Origin: Alphaproteobacteria bacterium
Lineage (GTDB): Bacteria > Pseudomonadota > Alphaproteobacteria > Rickettsiales > 21-14-0-20-44-7
Reading direction: 5' to 3'
Assembly: GCA_043757405.1 (NCBI GenBank)
Contig: JAYVPI010000001.1
Coordinates: forward strand, 211,437-275,436
DNA: 64,000 nt
Shown here piece after piece: positions 48,549-60,697 of the stretch. A model generated the notes under the pieces. That model had not been told where the DNA came from. It did not search any database and saw only the letters and a program-made list of their open reading frames with translations. The position numbers and the translations under genes were made by a program. Numbering within the stretch: position 1 is the first letter of the stretch; each line of letters begins with the position of its first letter.

Positions 48549-49598
48549 CTAGACCGCAGCCAATGCCGGTTTGGCTTTCAGGTTATAATCTTTAACCAAG
48601 GCCTCCGCAATCTGCACAGCATTTAACGCCGCGCCTTTACGCAGATTATCGCCAACCACCCATAAATTGATTCCGTTTTTGATAGTAAAGTCTCTACGGA
48701 TACGGGAAACGAAAACATCGTCTTCGCCAACCACCTCAACTGGGGTTGCGTAACCACCATCTTCCTGCTTATCAAAAACTCTCACGCCCGGGGCATCTTC
48801 CAAAATTTCACGCACCTGCTCAGGAGTGATTGGGTTTTCAAATTCGATATTGATCGATTCCGAGTGTCCAACAAAAACCGGCACGCGCACACAAGTGGCG
48901 CTCACAGCGATATTCGCACCCAATATTTTCTTTGTCTCATTCACCATTTTCAACTCTTCCTTGGTATAACCATCATCCGCGAATGAATCGATATGCGGGA
49001 TAACATTGAAGGAAATGCGTTTAGTAAATTTTTGCGGCGCGACTTTATCGTTCATATAAACGGCTTTCGTTTGCGAAAACAACTCATCCATCGCCTCTTT
49101 ACCGGCGCCGGAAACTGATTGGTAAGTTGAAACTACGATACGTTTGATTTTGGCAGCATCATGCAACGGTTTCAAAGCCGTGACCATTTGGATAGTCGAG
49201 CAGTTTGGGTTGGCGATGATATATTTTTTTGTATATTCGGAAATCGCCGCTGCATTAACTTCCGGCACCACCAATGGAACTTCCGGATCCATGCGGAATT
49301 GTGAAGTGTTATCAATAACAATACATTTTGCCGCCGCCGCTTTTGGCGCGTAAATCGCAGAAACTTTGCTGCCTGGTGAAAACAAGGCGATATCAGTGCC
49401 GTGGAAGTCATGTTTTTCCAAATTTTGGACTTTAACAATTTTGTGATCGCCGAAGCTAACTTCAAGGCCGGCAGAACGAGCGGATGCAAGCGCAACTAAC
49501 TCACGAACCGGGAATTTGCGCTCCGATAAAATTTTTAATATTTCACGGCCAACATTGCCCGTGGCGCCGACGACGGCGACTTTGTAACCTGAGGACAT
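48549..49598 (-). CDS. asd: Aspartate-semialdehyde dehydrogenase
   Basis: VAVVGATGNVGRE and the active-site NCST context are present. Length is 349 aa. Confidence 0.95.
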   Translation of the reverse strand: MSSGYKVAVVGATGNVGREILKILSERKFPVRELVALASARSAGLEVSFGDHKIVKVQNLEKHDFHGTDIALFSPGSKVSAIYAPKAAAAKCIVIDNTSQFRMDPEVPLVVPEVNAAAISEYTKKYIIANPNCSTIQMVTALKPLHDAAKIKRIVVSTYQSVSGAGKEAMDELFSQTKAVYMNDKVAPQKFTKRISFNVIPHIDSFADDGYTKEELKMVNETKKILGANIAVSATCVRVPVFVGHSESINIEFENPITPEQVREILEDAPGVRVFDKQEDGGYATPVEVVGEDDVFVSRIRRDFTIKNGINLWVVGDNLRKGAALNAVQIAEALVKDYNLKAKPALAAV

Positions 49599-49654
49599 AA
49601 CTAACCTTAGAATTTGATAATGGCCGATAATACAGATTTTATTGACTTATTCCA

Positions 49655-50377
49655 CTATTTTTTATCGCAAACCGCCTCAAAAAATATCGCCCGCGTGGTA
49701 TTGGCGAGGTTTTTCTTCTGATACTTAGTTTCAATATGGTCAATAGGTTGTGTTTGCCAATCTGCCCTGGAACCTGCCAACCAACGAAATTTATCGTGTT
49801 CCAGCAATTCTCTGGCGATCCATTTAGCATAATCTTCGTGATCCGTGGCAATTCTGAGCCTGGCATCCCGCTTCATAATTCGTGCAAGCAAGTCTAAAGT
49901 TTGCTTCGATATTATCCGGCGTTTATTCTGCCGTTTCTTTGGCCACGGATCGGGGAACAGTATAAATACACGATCAATAACTCCCTCCCACACGTCATCC
50001 TGCGGCTCGACCGCAGGATCTCCTATGGTCAAGCCATATGGTGACGTAATTAATTGACGAAAATCTCCGGCATAGACTCGGATATTCTTAAGCTCATTCT
50101 CTTCAATCCCACGCAATAATTTTACAGTTCCGTTTACAAACGGCTCGCAGCCAATAAAGCCAATTTTGGGATTTGCCAGCGCCTGATGCAATAAATGACC
50201 ACCATCACCAAAGCCGATCTCCAGCCAGATTTCTTTGAAATCAAACTTAGGAAAGCCGTCAACTTTCACTTTGGGCAAAACTTCCGCCAACAGCTTTTTG
50301 GAATTATCACGCAGCTTGCGCGACTTGGTACGACCAAAGCTTTGCAGGTATTTAGGCGACTGCTTTGCGTAATTCAT
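49655..50377 (-). CDS. trmB: tRNA (guanine46-N7)-methyltransferase TrmB
   Basis: Contains [14 protein letters not shown]. The start is set at ATG 50377 and overlaps the metK 3' end by 26 nt. The track's 50443 start is less likely. Confidence 0.85.
   Translation of the reverse strand: MNYAKQSPKYLQSFGRTKSRKLRDNSKKLLAEVLPKVKVDGFPKFDFKEIWLEIGFGDGGHLLHQALANPKIGFIGCEPFVNGTVKLLRGIEENELKNIRVYAGDFRQLITSPYGLTIGDPAVEPQDDVWEGVIDRVFILFPDPWPKKRQNKRRIISKQTLDLLARIMKRDARLRIATDHEDYAKWIARELLEHDKFRWLAGSRADWQTQPIDHIETKYQKKNLANTTRAIFFEAVCDKK
49994..50045. repeat. GTCATCC...GGTGAC element inserted in frame in trmB
   Basis: GTCATCCTGCGGCTCGACCGCAGGATCTCCTATGGTCAAGCCATATGGTGAC encodes [17 protein letters not shown]. 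Confidence 0.8.
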
Positions 50378-51548
50378 CCGCCAAATCCGTTTTCTCCCAC
50401 GAGAAGCCGCCGTCTTTTTCCGGTTTGCGGCCAAAGTGGCCATAAGCGCTGGTGCGGCGGTAGATTGGTTTGTTAAGCTCTAATCTGGTGCGGATTCCAC
50501 GTGGAGATAAATCCACAATCTCAAGAATTTTCTGCGCCAGTTTTTGCTCGTCTACTTTTCCAGAACCATGTGTATTCACATAAAGCGCCAATGGTTTTGA
50601 AACGCCGATTGCATAGGCAACCTGCATTGTACAGCGATCGGCAAGACCTGCGGCAACCACGTTTTTAGCAACATAACGCATTGCATATGCCGCTGAACGA
50701 TCAACTTTAGTTGGGTCTTTGCCGCTGAATGCGCCGCCGCCATGTGGGGCAGACCCGCCGTAAGTATCGACGATAATTTTACGGCCGGTCAAACCAGAAT
50801 CACCTTCCGGGCCACCGATTACGAAATTGCCGGTTGGGTTGACATAAAATTCTTCTTCACTCGGCATCCAGCCTTTTGGTAAAATACGTTCGACAACCGG
50901 ACGGATGATATCGCGTACATCTTTGGTTTTTAAACCCGCATCATGCTGGTGCGAAACTACAACTGAAGTTGCTTTGACGGCACGGCCATTGCCTTCGTCG
51001 TTGTTTTGATAAAGCAATGTAACCTGTGATTTCGCGTCCGGGCCGAGGCCTTTGATTTTGCCGGATTTGCGCAGGTCAGTCAGTTCTTTCAAAATTTTGT
51101 GCGAATAATAAATTGGAGCCGGCATTAAATCTTCAGTTTCATTACAAGCATAGCCGAACATGATACCTTGATCGCCAGCGCCTTCATCTTTAGTGTCATT
51201 AGAATTTACACCCATTGCGATATCTGGGGATTGGCTGATCATATAGTTATGGATATTCACTTTTTGCCAGTGGAAGCGCTCTTGTTCATAACCCACATCT
51301 TTCACCACACCGCGTGCGATTGCGCAGATTTCGTCCTTGGTCAGGGCTTGTTTGGCCGTTGCTTCGCCGCCGATGATGATATTATCAGGCGTAACCATGC
51401 ACTCCGCGGCAACGCGGGCATATGGGTCTTTGCTTAAATAAGCATCAACAATCGCGTCAGAAATTTGATCGCAAAGCTTGTCCGGATGGCCCTCCGCCAC
51501 TGATTCGCTGGTAAATAAAAATTCGCCGGGATGATTTTTCATGTTCAT
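50352..51548 (-). CDS. metK: S-adenosylmethionine synthase
   Basis: Contains [11 protein letters not shown] and GGGAFSGKD. Length is 398 aa. Confidence 0.97.
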   Translation of the reverse strand: MNMKNHPGEFLFTSESVAEGHPDKLCDQISDAIVDAYLSKDPYARVAAECMVTPDNIIIGGEATAKQALTKDEICAIARGVVKDVGYEQERFHWQKVNIHNYMISQSPDIAMGVNSNDTKDEGAGDQGIMFGYACNETEDLMPAPIYYSHKILKELTDLRKSGKIKGLGPDAKSQVTLLYQNNDEGNGRAVKATSVVVSHQHDAGLKTKDVRDIIRPVVERILPKGWMPSEEEFYVNPTGNFVIGGPEGDSGLTGRKIIVDTYGGSAPHGGGAFSGKDPTKVDRSAAYAMRYVAKNVVAAGLADRCTMQVAYAIGVSKPLALYVNTHGSGKVDEQKLAQKILEIVDLSPRGIRTRLELNKPIYRRTSAYGHFGRKPEKDGGFSWEKTDLADELRKAVA

Positions 51549-51575
51549 TTGGATACCTTGAATATCTGTTATATC

Positions 51576-51659
51576 GTCACCCCGGACTCGTTCCGGGGTC
51601 TGGCATTAGACACAATCTCTTGCCTCAACTTCCGGATCGCGGAACCAGTCCGCGATGAC
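51576..51659. repeat. GTCACCCCGG...CGCGATGAC two-hairpin element in the metK leader
   Basis: The hairpins are CCCCGGACTCGTTCCGGGG and ATCGCGGAACCAGTCCGCGAT. The architecture is that of the superfamily. Confidence 0.7.
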
Positions 51660-51693
51660 GATTATTAATGATGAAGTGGGTTTAACAGAGCTC

Positions 51694-52089
51694 TTACTTA
51701 TCCGCAAGCGACTTAATTAACTCTAACGCCTTCTTGCGAACTTTTGGGTCAGTAATTTGGTAATAAGCTTTGACCAGAGCCATAGTTTCGCGATTTTTGA
51801 GGTTGTCCTCATGCTCAAATGCCGCAGTATCTTCCGCCAGGGCATATTTATTTGCACCAGCTGCACCGCTATCATATTCATCAAAAAAGAAATTAACCGG
51901 GACGCTTAACGATTTTGCAATGTCAAACAACCGGCTTGAGCCGATACGGTTCACACCTTTTTCATATTTTTGCACTTGCTGGAAGGTAATACCAAGCATG
52001 TCCGCCAATTTTTCTTGGCTGATGCCGGTAACTGTGCGGCGGAGGCGGAGGCGTTTGCCTACGTGAATATCGATCGGGTTAGCACTCAT
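51694..52089 (-). CDS. XRE-family helix-turn-helix transcriptional regulator
   Basis: Contains GKRLRLRRTVTGISQEKLADMLGITFQQVQKYEKGVNRI. The lnt-HTH-metK-trmB order is a common alphaproteobacterial arrangement (recalled from memory). Confidence 0.75.
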   Translation of the reverse strand: MSANPIDIHVGKRLRLRRTVTGISQEKLADMLGITFQQVQKYEKGVNRIGSSRLFDIAKSLSVPVNFFFDEYDSGAAGANKYALAEDTAAFEHEDNLKNRETMALVKAYYQITDPKVRKKALELIKSLADK

Positions 52090-52126
52090 TATAAAAATCT
52101 ATAATTAAAAGTAGTAATTGATAGAT

Positions 52127-52140
52127 TAGGAACATTCCTA
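52127..52140. promoter_or_regulatory. Inverted repeat TAGGAA-CA-TTCCTA upstream of the XRE regulator (candidate operator)
   Basis: Perfect 6-bp arms lie 38-51 nt upstream of ATG 52089, flanked by AGATTAG / CTAATCT. Support is weak. Confidence 0.3.
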
Positions 52141-52194
52141 TTATCTGTTATCTAATCTTAATAAGCGAAAATTCCGCGCCCTGCAAGAGAAGTT

Positions 52195-53760
52195 TTAAAC
52201 TTTTCTTCTAAAAATTAATAAAAACTCCACACTGATTATGATTAATCCAAATATTATCCAATCACCGTATAATGAATATATAGTTACCGAATTATTTAAT
52301 TCAAGATCGGCGGATAAAAATCCATGCTGATTATAAGCCAATGATTTTACAATCCGCCCATTCTTATCAATAATCGCCGAAACTCCTGTATTAGCCGCCC
52401 GCAACATTGGCACCCCTTGCTCAATTGAACGCATTTGCGACATCGCCAGATGTTGATACGGCCCCGTCGAATTTCCAAACCACCCATCATTAGTAACATT
52501 AACCAGCAAATCCGGCTTGACTGCCGAATGGGAAAATTCCGGAAATGTGACTTCATAACAAATCAACGGCAAAAACCCCGGCCCGTTTTTATATTTCATC
52601 ACCTCACGCTTGCCCCCTTGCGAAAAATCCAGCGCTCCAGGCGTAATTTTTTCCAGCGGCAAATAATTCCGGAACGGCACAAACTCCCCAAACGGCACAA
52701 GGTGAATTTTGTCATAAGACTGATAAATCCCATCTTTGCTGATAGCATAAAGCGTGTTCCAAACCTGGTAATTACTTTTGCTTTCCCCGCTAGAGCGCAA
52801 CCCGCCAGTAACCAACACCCCATTATCCGGCGCCACACGCCTCAACAAATCCGTCACTGGCTGCTGCCGGTTCAAATAATAAGGCGCTCCCGATTCCGGC
52901 CACAAAACTATATCCGCGTTTTTATAATCCAGCGTCTGCATGAAATCTATATTCTCAATAAACTGCTTCTTCGCCGCCAACGGCTCCCACTTCAACGATT
53001 GCTCAACATTGGGTTGGAAGATTATGACTTTGGCAGTTTTATCTAAATCACCCTCACCTTTGCCAAAACATAACAGGCCATACAGAATTATAATCCCTAC
53101 AAGAGCAACAACCCCAACAAGTGATTTCTTATTTTTATAATAAAGCGGCAATAGCGAAATAATTATCACTACATAGCTCAACAAATAAACTCCGCCCGCT
53201 GAAGCAAGCTGTGAAAAAATAGTTGAAACTAGTGCCGTATATCCAATCAAATTCCATGGAAACCCCGTGAACAACCATGTGCGGATTAATTCAAAAACCA
53301 CCCATAATATAGAGAAAAGGATAATATCATTCCAATTCCCGCATTTGTCATCCTCGGGCTTGACCCGAGGGTCCAGCGATGAGTATGCCGCATGGCTGGA
53401 TCCCAGCCTTCGCTGGGATGACCTAAATGCGAGAGCAAACAACCCAATATAAATCGCCAGACCAAATGGAATCCCGCATACCGCAAACGGAATCAGCCAC
53501 GCAAATTTTTCTGCATCAACAAGTAGTGAGTTAGCAATCCAATATAAGCCAAACACAAAATACCCAAAGCCGAATGCCCAGCCGATTTTGAATGCCTGTA
53601 TCTTATTTTCCGCCGCAGCAAGAATTTTAAAAAATATTGGGAATGAGATAAATAAAACCGGAAAGATATAAAACGGCGCCAATGCCAAATCCGCCAATCC
53701 GCCAGCGGCAATTAGCGTTAAATACTTCAGCTTTCCTTGCAAAAAAAATTTTATCCCCAT
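52195..53760 (-). CDS. lnt: Apolipoprotein N-acyltransferase
   Basis: An N-terminal polytopic region and a CN-hydrolase domain with the LICYEVTFPE catalytic Cys context are present. Confidence 0.9.
   Translation of the reverse strand: MGIKFFLQGKLKYLTLIAAGGLADLALAPFYIFPVLFISFPIFFKILAAAENKIQAFKIGWAFGFGYFVFGLYWIANSLLVDAEKFAWLIPFAVCGIPFGLAIYIGLFALAFRSSQRRLGSSHAAYSSLDPRVKPEDDKCGNWNDIILFSILWVVFELIRTWLFTGFPWNLIGYTALVSTIFSQLASAGGVYLLSYVVIIISLLPLYYKNKKSLVGVVALVGIIILYGLLCFGKGEGDLDKTAKVIIFQPNVEQSLKWEPLAAKKQFIENIDFMQTLDYKNADIVLWPESGAPYYLNRQQPVTDLLRRVAPDNGVLVTGGLRSSGESKSNYQVWNTLYAISKDGIYQSYDKIHLVPFGEFVPFRNYLPLEKITPGALDFSQGGKREVMKYKNGPGFLPLICYEVTFPEFSHSAVKPDLLVNVTNDGWFGNSTGPYQHLAMSQMRSIEQGVPMLRAANTGVSAIIDKNGRIVKSLAYNQHGFLSADLELNNSVTIYSLYGDWIIFGLIIISVEFLLIFRRKV
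53347..53422. repeat. GTCATCC...GGGATGAC element inserted in frame in lnt
   Basis: GTCATCCTCGGGCTTGACCCGAGG...GATCCCAGCCTTCGCTGGGATGAC encodes GSSHAAYSSLDPRVKPEDD. Confidence 0.8.
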
Positions 53761-53763
53761 AAC

Positions 53764-53834
53764 GTCATCCTGCGGCTTGACCGCAGGAACTCCTCATACA
53801 CGCACCAGACCCTGCAATCAAGTAGCAGGGTGAC
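53764..53834. repeat. GTCATCC...GGGTGAC element at the lnt start / bioF end
   Basis: GTCATCCTGCGGCTTGACCGCAGG...CCCTGCAATCAAGTAGCAGGGTGAC. It contains the bioF stop (53818-53820) and lies 3 nt upstream of the lnt ATG. Confidence 0.8.
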
Positions 53835-54951
53835 ACATATTTAGTGTTTTAAGCCAATCCGCCAATAAATCAATTTCACTTTTCGTATGCGCCGCCGTCA
53901 CCGAAATGCGGAGCCGCGCCGTCCCCTTAGGCACCGTTGGCGGCCGCATCGCCGAGACTAGTATTTTATTATCCTTAAGCAACTTCTCCGCCGCTAGCGC
54001 CTTTTCCTCGCTGCCCAAAATAATAGGAACGATACTTGAAGTTCCGTCATTACGAGCGAAGCGCGGCAATGACGATTTAAGATATTCCGTATTCTTCAAT
54101 ACTTTCAAATATAGCTCATCCCGCCCAGCAATCTCCAGCGCCTTTATCGCCGCACCAACCGCGAATGGCGGCAGCCCAGTTGAATAAATCAATGATCGCG
54201 CCTTAGTCTCCAAATACCGAATCAAAGCCCGAGAACCACAAACATACCCCCCATAACTCCCCAGCGCCTTTGACATTGTCCCGATATAAATGTGAGCTTT
54301 AAGTTTTGATTTTTGATAAATGGAGTGTGCGCCGTCAACTATTAGTGTGCAGTTGTTTTTATCGGCGATTTCCTTCAGCTCATCAACCGGAGCAAAATCC
54401 CCATCCATTGAAAAGATCTCTTCGGTGATGATGAGCCGCCTGCGCTTATCGTCATTCTGAGCGCAAGCGAAGGATCCTTCGCTTGCGCTCAGAATGACGT
54501 CTTTCTCCAAACACTTCTTCAAGTCAGCAACATCATTATGCTTAAACCGCACCAGCTTTGCGCCGGAGAGCTTTATTGCGTCGATTATAGAAGCGTGGAC
54601 TAATTTATCGGCATAAACCACTTCCGGCTCCAGCGCTGTGATAACGCCAAGATTTGCCAGATATCCGCTGCCAAATACCGTGGCGGCCTCATAACCTTTA
54701 TAAGCCGCGATTTTTTCAGCAAATTCCCCAAATAATGGATGATTTCCGCCCGCAATCCTGCTTGCCCCCGCTCCTGCGCCATATTTTTCCGCAGCTTCTA
54801 TTCCGGCAATAATCACTTCCGGATGGCGGCTTAAACCTAAATAATCATTTGATGTAAAATTGATAAATCCTTCCCCCCACTCACCCTTGGGCGTTCGCAG
54901 GAGATTTTTATCCTTCAAATCATTTAGTTTTTGCTGTAATAGACTATCCAT
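53818..54951 (-). CDS. bioF: 8-amino-7-oxononanoate synthase
   Basis: SNDYLGL and the PLP-Lys context [12 protein letters not shown] are present. The start is set at ATG 54951 (MDSLLQQKL...); the track's 55011 start is TTG. Confidence 0.85.
   Translation of the reverse strand: MDSLLQQKLNDLKDKNLLRTPKGEWGEGFINFTSNDYLGLSRHPEVIIAGIEAAEKYGAGAGASRIAGGNHPLFGEFAEKIAAYKGYEAATVFGSGYLANLGVITALEPEVVYADKLVHASIIDAIKLSGAKLVRFKHNDVADLKKCLEKDVILSASEGSFACAQNDDKRRRLIITEEIFSMDGDFAPVDELKEIADKNNCTLIVDGAHSIYQKSKLKAHIYIGTMSKALGSYGGYVCGSRALIRYLETKARSLIYSTGLPPFAVGAAIKALEIAGRDELYLKVLKNTEYLKSSLPRFARNDGTSSIVPIILGSEEKALAAEKLLKDNKILVSAMRPPTVPKGTARLRISVTAAHTKSEIDLLADWLKTLNMCHPAT
54451..54498. repeat. Perfect 48-bp palindrome inserted in frame in bioF
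   Basis: GTCATTCTGAGCGCAAGCGAAGGA|TCCTTCGCTTGCGCTCAGAATGAC has 24+24 arms with no mismatch. It encodes [16 protein letters not shown]. Confidence 0.9.
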
Positions 54952-55900
54952 GAACATCCGACACGATTGGAAACAGTCTGAAGTTATAGATTTATTCGCC
55001 CTGCCTTTCAACGACCTAATATTTCAGGCCGCCAGCGTGCACCGCGCCAATCATGATCCAAACGCGGTTCAAATCTCGACATTACTCTCCATAAAAACCG
55101 GCGGCTGCGCGGAAGATTGTAAATATTGCCCGCAATCCGCATCATATGACACCCCCGTAAAAGCCGAAAAACTCACCACAGTTGAACATGTCCGCTCCGA
55201 GGCCACAAAAGCCAAAGCCGCCGGAGCTTCCCGCTTTTGCATGGGCGCCGCCTGGCGTTCGCCTAAGGATCGGGATTTGGATAATGTTATTGAGATGGTG
55301 AAGGTGGTGAAGGATCTGGGGTTGGAGTCGTGCTGCACATTGGGCATGTTGACGAAACCACAAGCCGAGAAATTGAAGGATGCGGGGCTGGATTATTACA
55401 ACCACAACATCGATACTTCCCCGGAATATTACGGAAATATAATCACCACCCGCACCTTCCAAGACCGCCTCGATACACTCGCGCATGTGCGCGAGGCCGG
55501 AATGAAAACCTGCTGCGGCGGCATAGTAGGAATGGGCGAATCAGTGGCCGACCGCGCCGGTATGCTGCTGACATTGGCGAATTTGCCTGAACACCCGGAA
55601 TCCGTCCCGATTAATCTGCTAGTCCCAGTCGAAGGCACCCCATTCGGCAATCGGCAATCGGCAATCGGCAATCTCGACTTCGTCCGCATGATCGCCGTGG
55701 CGCGGATATTAATGCCAAAATCCGCAATACGCCTGTCAGCAGGCCGCGAAGAAATGTCAGACGAAATGCAGGCGTTATGTTTCCTAGCGGGTGCAAATTC
55801 GATTTTTTATGGCGAAAAATTATTAACCACTCCGAATCCGGAAGCCCTTGAAGATAAGAAGCTTTTTGACCGACTGGGTCTTAAAGCTATGGCAGTTTAA
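54950..55900 (+). CDS. bioB: Biotin synthase
   Basis: The radical-SAM motif [11 protein letters not shown] is present. The start is the first ATG, at 54950 ([16 protein letters not shown]). Confidence 0.95.
   Translation: MNIRHDWKQSEVIDLFALPFNDLIFQAASVHRANHDPNAVQISTLLSIKTGGCAEDCKYCPQSASYDTPVKAEKLTTVEHVRSEATKAKAAGASRFCMGAAWRSPKDRDLDNVIEMVKVVKDLGLESCCTLGMLTKPQAEKLKDAGLDYYNHNIDTSPEYYGNIITTRTFQDRLDTLAHVREAGMKTCCGGIVGMGESVADRAGMLLTLANLPEHPESVPINLLVPVEGTPFGNRQSAIGNLDFVRMIAVARILMPKSAIRLSAGREEMSDEMQALCFLAGANSIFYGEKLLTTPNPEALEDKKLFDRLGLKAMAV
55645..55673 (+). repeat. Heptanucleotide tandem repeat (CGGCAAT)x4 +1 inside bioB
   Basis: The run is perfect: cggcaat cggcaat cggcaat cggcaat c. It encodes GNRQSAIGN. 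Confidence 0.95.
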
Positions 55901-55934
55901 TTGACCATTAATCCCTTTCCCCTAATATCCCCCC

Positions 55935-59082
<3,148 letters not shown>

Positions 59083-59136
59083 TCCAATGCTTGCAAAGCT
59101 TTAACCTTTTATCTATAAAGGTTGAAGAGGGTTAAT

Positions 59137-59469
59137 ATGGCAAGACGTATTAAAAATGACGGCGTTTATTTTTGCAAAGCTTTAGGACGTGATTTCGTAG
59201 TTACCGAAACGGCACTCAACAATGTTTTATATGTCCGTGGCCTAAGAAGTATTCCTGGTCAAGAACGCGAGAGAGAGGAACTGGCAGAAATCGTTGGCGG
59301 CAGGAACAATACTGACAGAACAGACTTCATACATGCGATAATTAGAAGCAATCCATCAACCACCATGAATGAAAGAAGGACTTTATGGGACGAATTGATG
59401 AAAAAATCCCCAGCTTTACTAAGGGTTATATGCCCCAAAAATGAACCTCAGGAACTTTCTATTGGCTAA
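59137..59469 (+). CDS. Hypothetical protein (paralogue A)
   Basis: The ATG follows GAAGAGGG. The C-terminal segment FIHAIIRSNPSTTMNERRTLWDELMKK resembles the next ORF. Confidence 0.45.
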   Translation: MARRIKNDGVYFCKALGRDFVVTETALNNVLYVRGLRSIPGQEREREELAEIVGGRNNTDRTDFIHAIIRSNPSTTMNERRTLWDELMKKSPALLRVICPKNEPQELSIG

Positions 59470-59522
59470 ATTGTAATTTCTTACTTGCATATCACCCCAA
59501 ATAGCCTTAATAACTATTAACC

Positions 59523-59810
59523 ATGATCCGTCGAGCATTTACACATCTTGCATTAAAAACAGAGCCCTACCAATCAGCGGCCTTGCATCGCGAAATTTAT
59601 CTCTCAGCTCCAGCTATTAATGCACTAATAAAAGAAAAGGCTAGGGCAACTCCTGACATGGGAAAATTACACTTTCGCGACGCTATTGAAAAAGTAAATC
59701 CAGGAATTACAATTCCTGATAGCAGATTGTTATGTGACGAATTATTTGCCAAAACTGCTGATGATTTAACGGCATTGAAACCTATTGGCAGAGTCTCAAG
59801 CAAAGCCTGA
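59523..59810 (+). CDS. Hypothetical protein (paralogue B)
   Basis: FRDAIEKVNPGITIPDSRLLCDELFAK aligns with the preceding ORF at about 14/39 identities by eye. Confidence 0.45.
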   Translation: MIRRAFTHLALKTEPYQSAALHREIYLSAPAINALIKEKARATPDMGKLHFRDAIEKVNPGITIPDSRLLCDELFAKTADDLTALKPIGRVSSKA

Positions 59811-59818
59811 TTAGCACT

Positions 59819-60697
59819 TTAGGGCTTAGTAATATACTGATATTGCTTAAACCAAGCATCCACATCTTCCAGGACCGGTGCGCGGTTTCTGGCGATGATG
59901 GTTAATGACGCGATGATGTCTATGTGATCGACATTATCATAAAATTTTATTTTATATTCCCCGCCCCTCGCATCAAGTCCGCCTTTTAGGTGGGTGATGT
60001 TTATTTCGCCTACAACGCTGTCTTTTTTGCCCCACAGCAATAACATCGGCGCTTGTTTGCCGTCTATGAAGTTGGTTACGCGGATTAATTTATAATTATC
60101 ACCGGCGGTGGAGAACATTTTGACATAATATTCTTCCTCAGGTGTGAAGTCATAGGGGCCGGCCAATCCGGCGAATGCTTTTATCCATGAGCGATCGCCG
60201 CCGGCTCTTTTCATATATTGGTTATCGGTGGCCAATAATGCCCCGATCTGGGCACCGGCTGAATGCCCGAGCACGTTTATATGTCCGGAGTCTCCTTGAT
60301 ATTTATCGATATTATTATGCACCCATGCCACCGCCCTTGCCGATTCATCTTGCCAGACTGGAAATTTATATTGCGGGTATTTTACATAATCCGGGATCAC
60401 GACAACATAACCGCGGCTTGTAAATGCATCAGCGGTAAAGCGGTACATCTCCTTTGTCCCCATCCGCCAGCCGCCGCCATAGAAATAAATAATTACCGGG
60501 TGGTTTGGCTTATTATCATTGGGCACATAGACATCAAGTTTTGAGCCGTGCCCGCCGCCAAAGTCTATGTCGCGGGTGATTTTTTGATCGGAGAAATATG
60601 CCGGGAGGTTAGCGATAAAACCCATCGCCCTCGCGCTATTAACCGCAAAAAGCAAAACGAGACCAATAAATAGCAGTAGGCTAAGAATTATTTTCAT
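59819..60697 (-). CDS. Secreted alpha/beta-hydrolase fold-3 esterase/lipase
   Basis: Signal peptide, oxyanion motif YGGGW and nucleophile elbow GHSAG are present. The ATG overlaps the stop of the upstream gene. Confidence 0.7.
   Translation of the reverse strand: MKIILSLLLFIGLVLLFAVNSARAMGFIANLPAYFSDQKITRDIDFGGGHGSKLDVYVPNDNKPNHPVIIYFYGGGWRMGTKEMYRFTADAFTSRGYVVVIPDYVKYPQYKFPVWQDESARAVAWVHNNIDKYQGDSGHINVLGHSAGAQIGALLATDNQYMKRAGGDRSWIKAFAGLAGPYDFTPEEEYYVKMFSTAGDNYKLIRVTNFIDGKQAPMLLLWGKKDSVVGEINITHLKGGLDARGGEYKIKFYDNVDHIDIIASLTIIARNRAPVLEDVDAWFKQYQYITKP

Noticed and set aside
54984-54993. TTATAGATTT near the bioF/bioB starts, resembling the alphaproteobacterial BioR box TTATMKATAA
   Set aside because: The last two positions mismatch, which destroys the palindrome. 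This is too weak to call without a BioR gene or additional sites.
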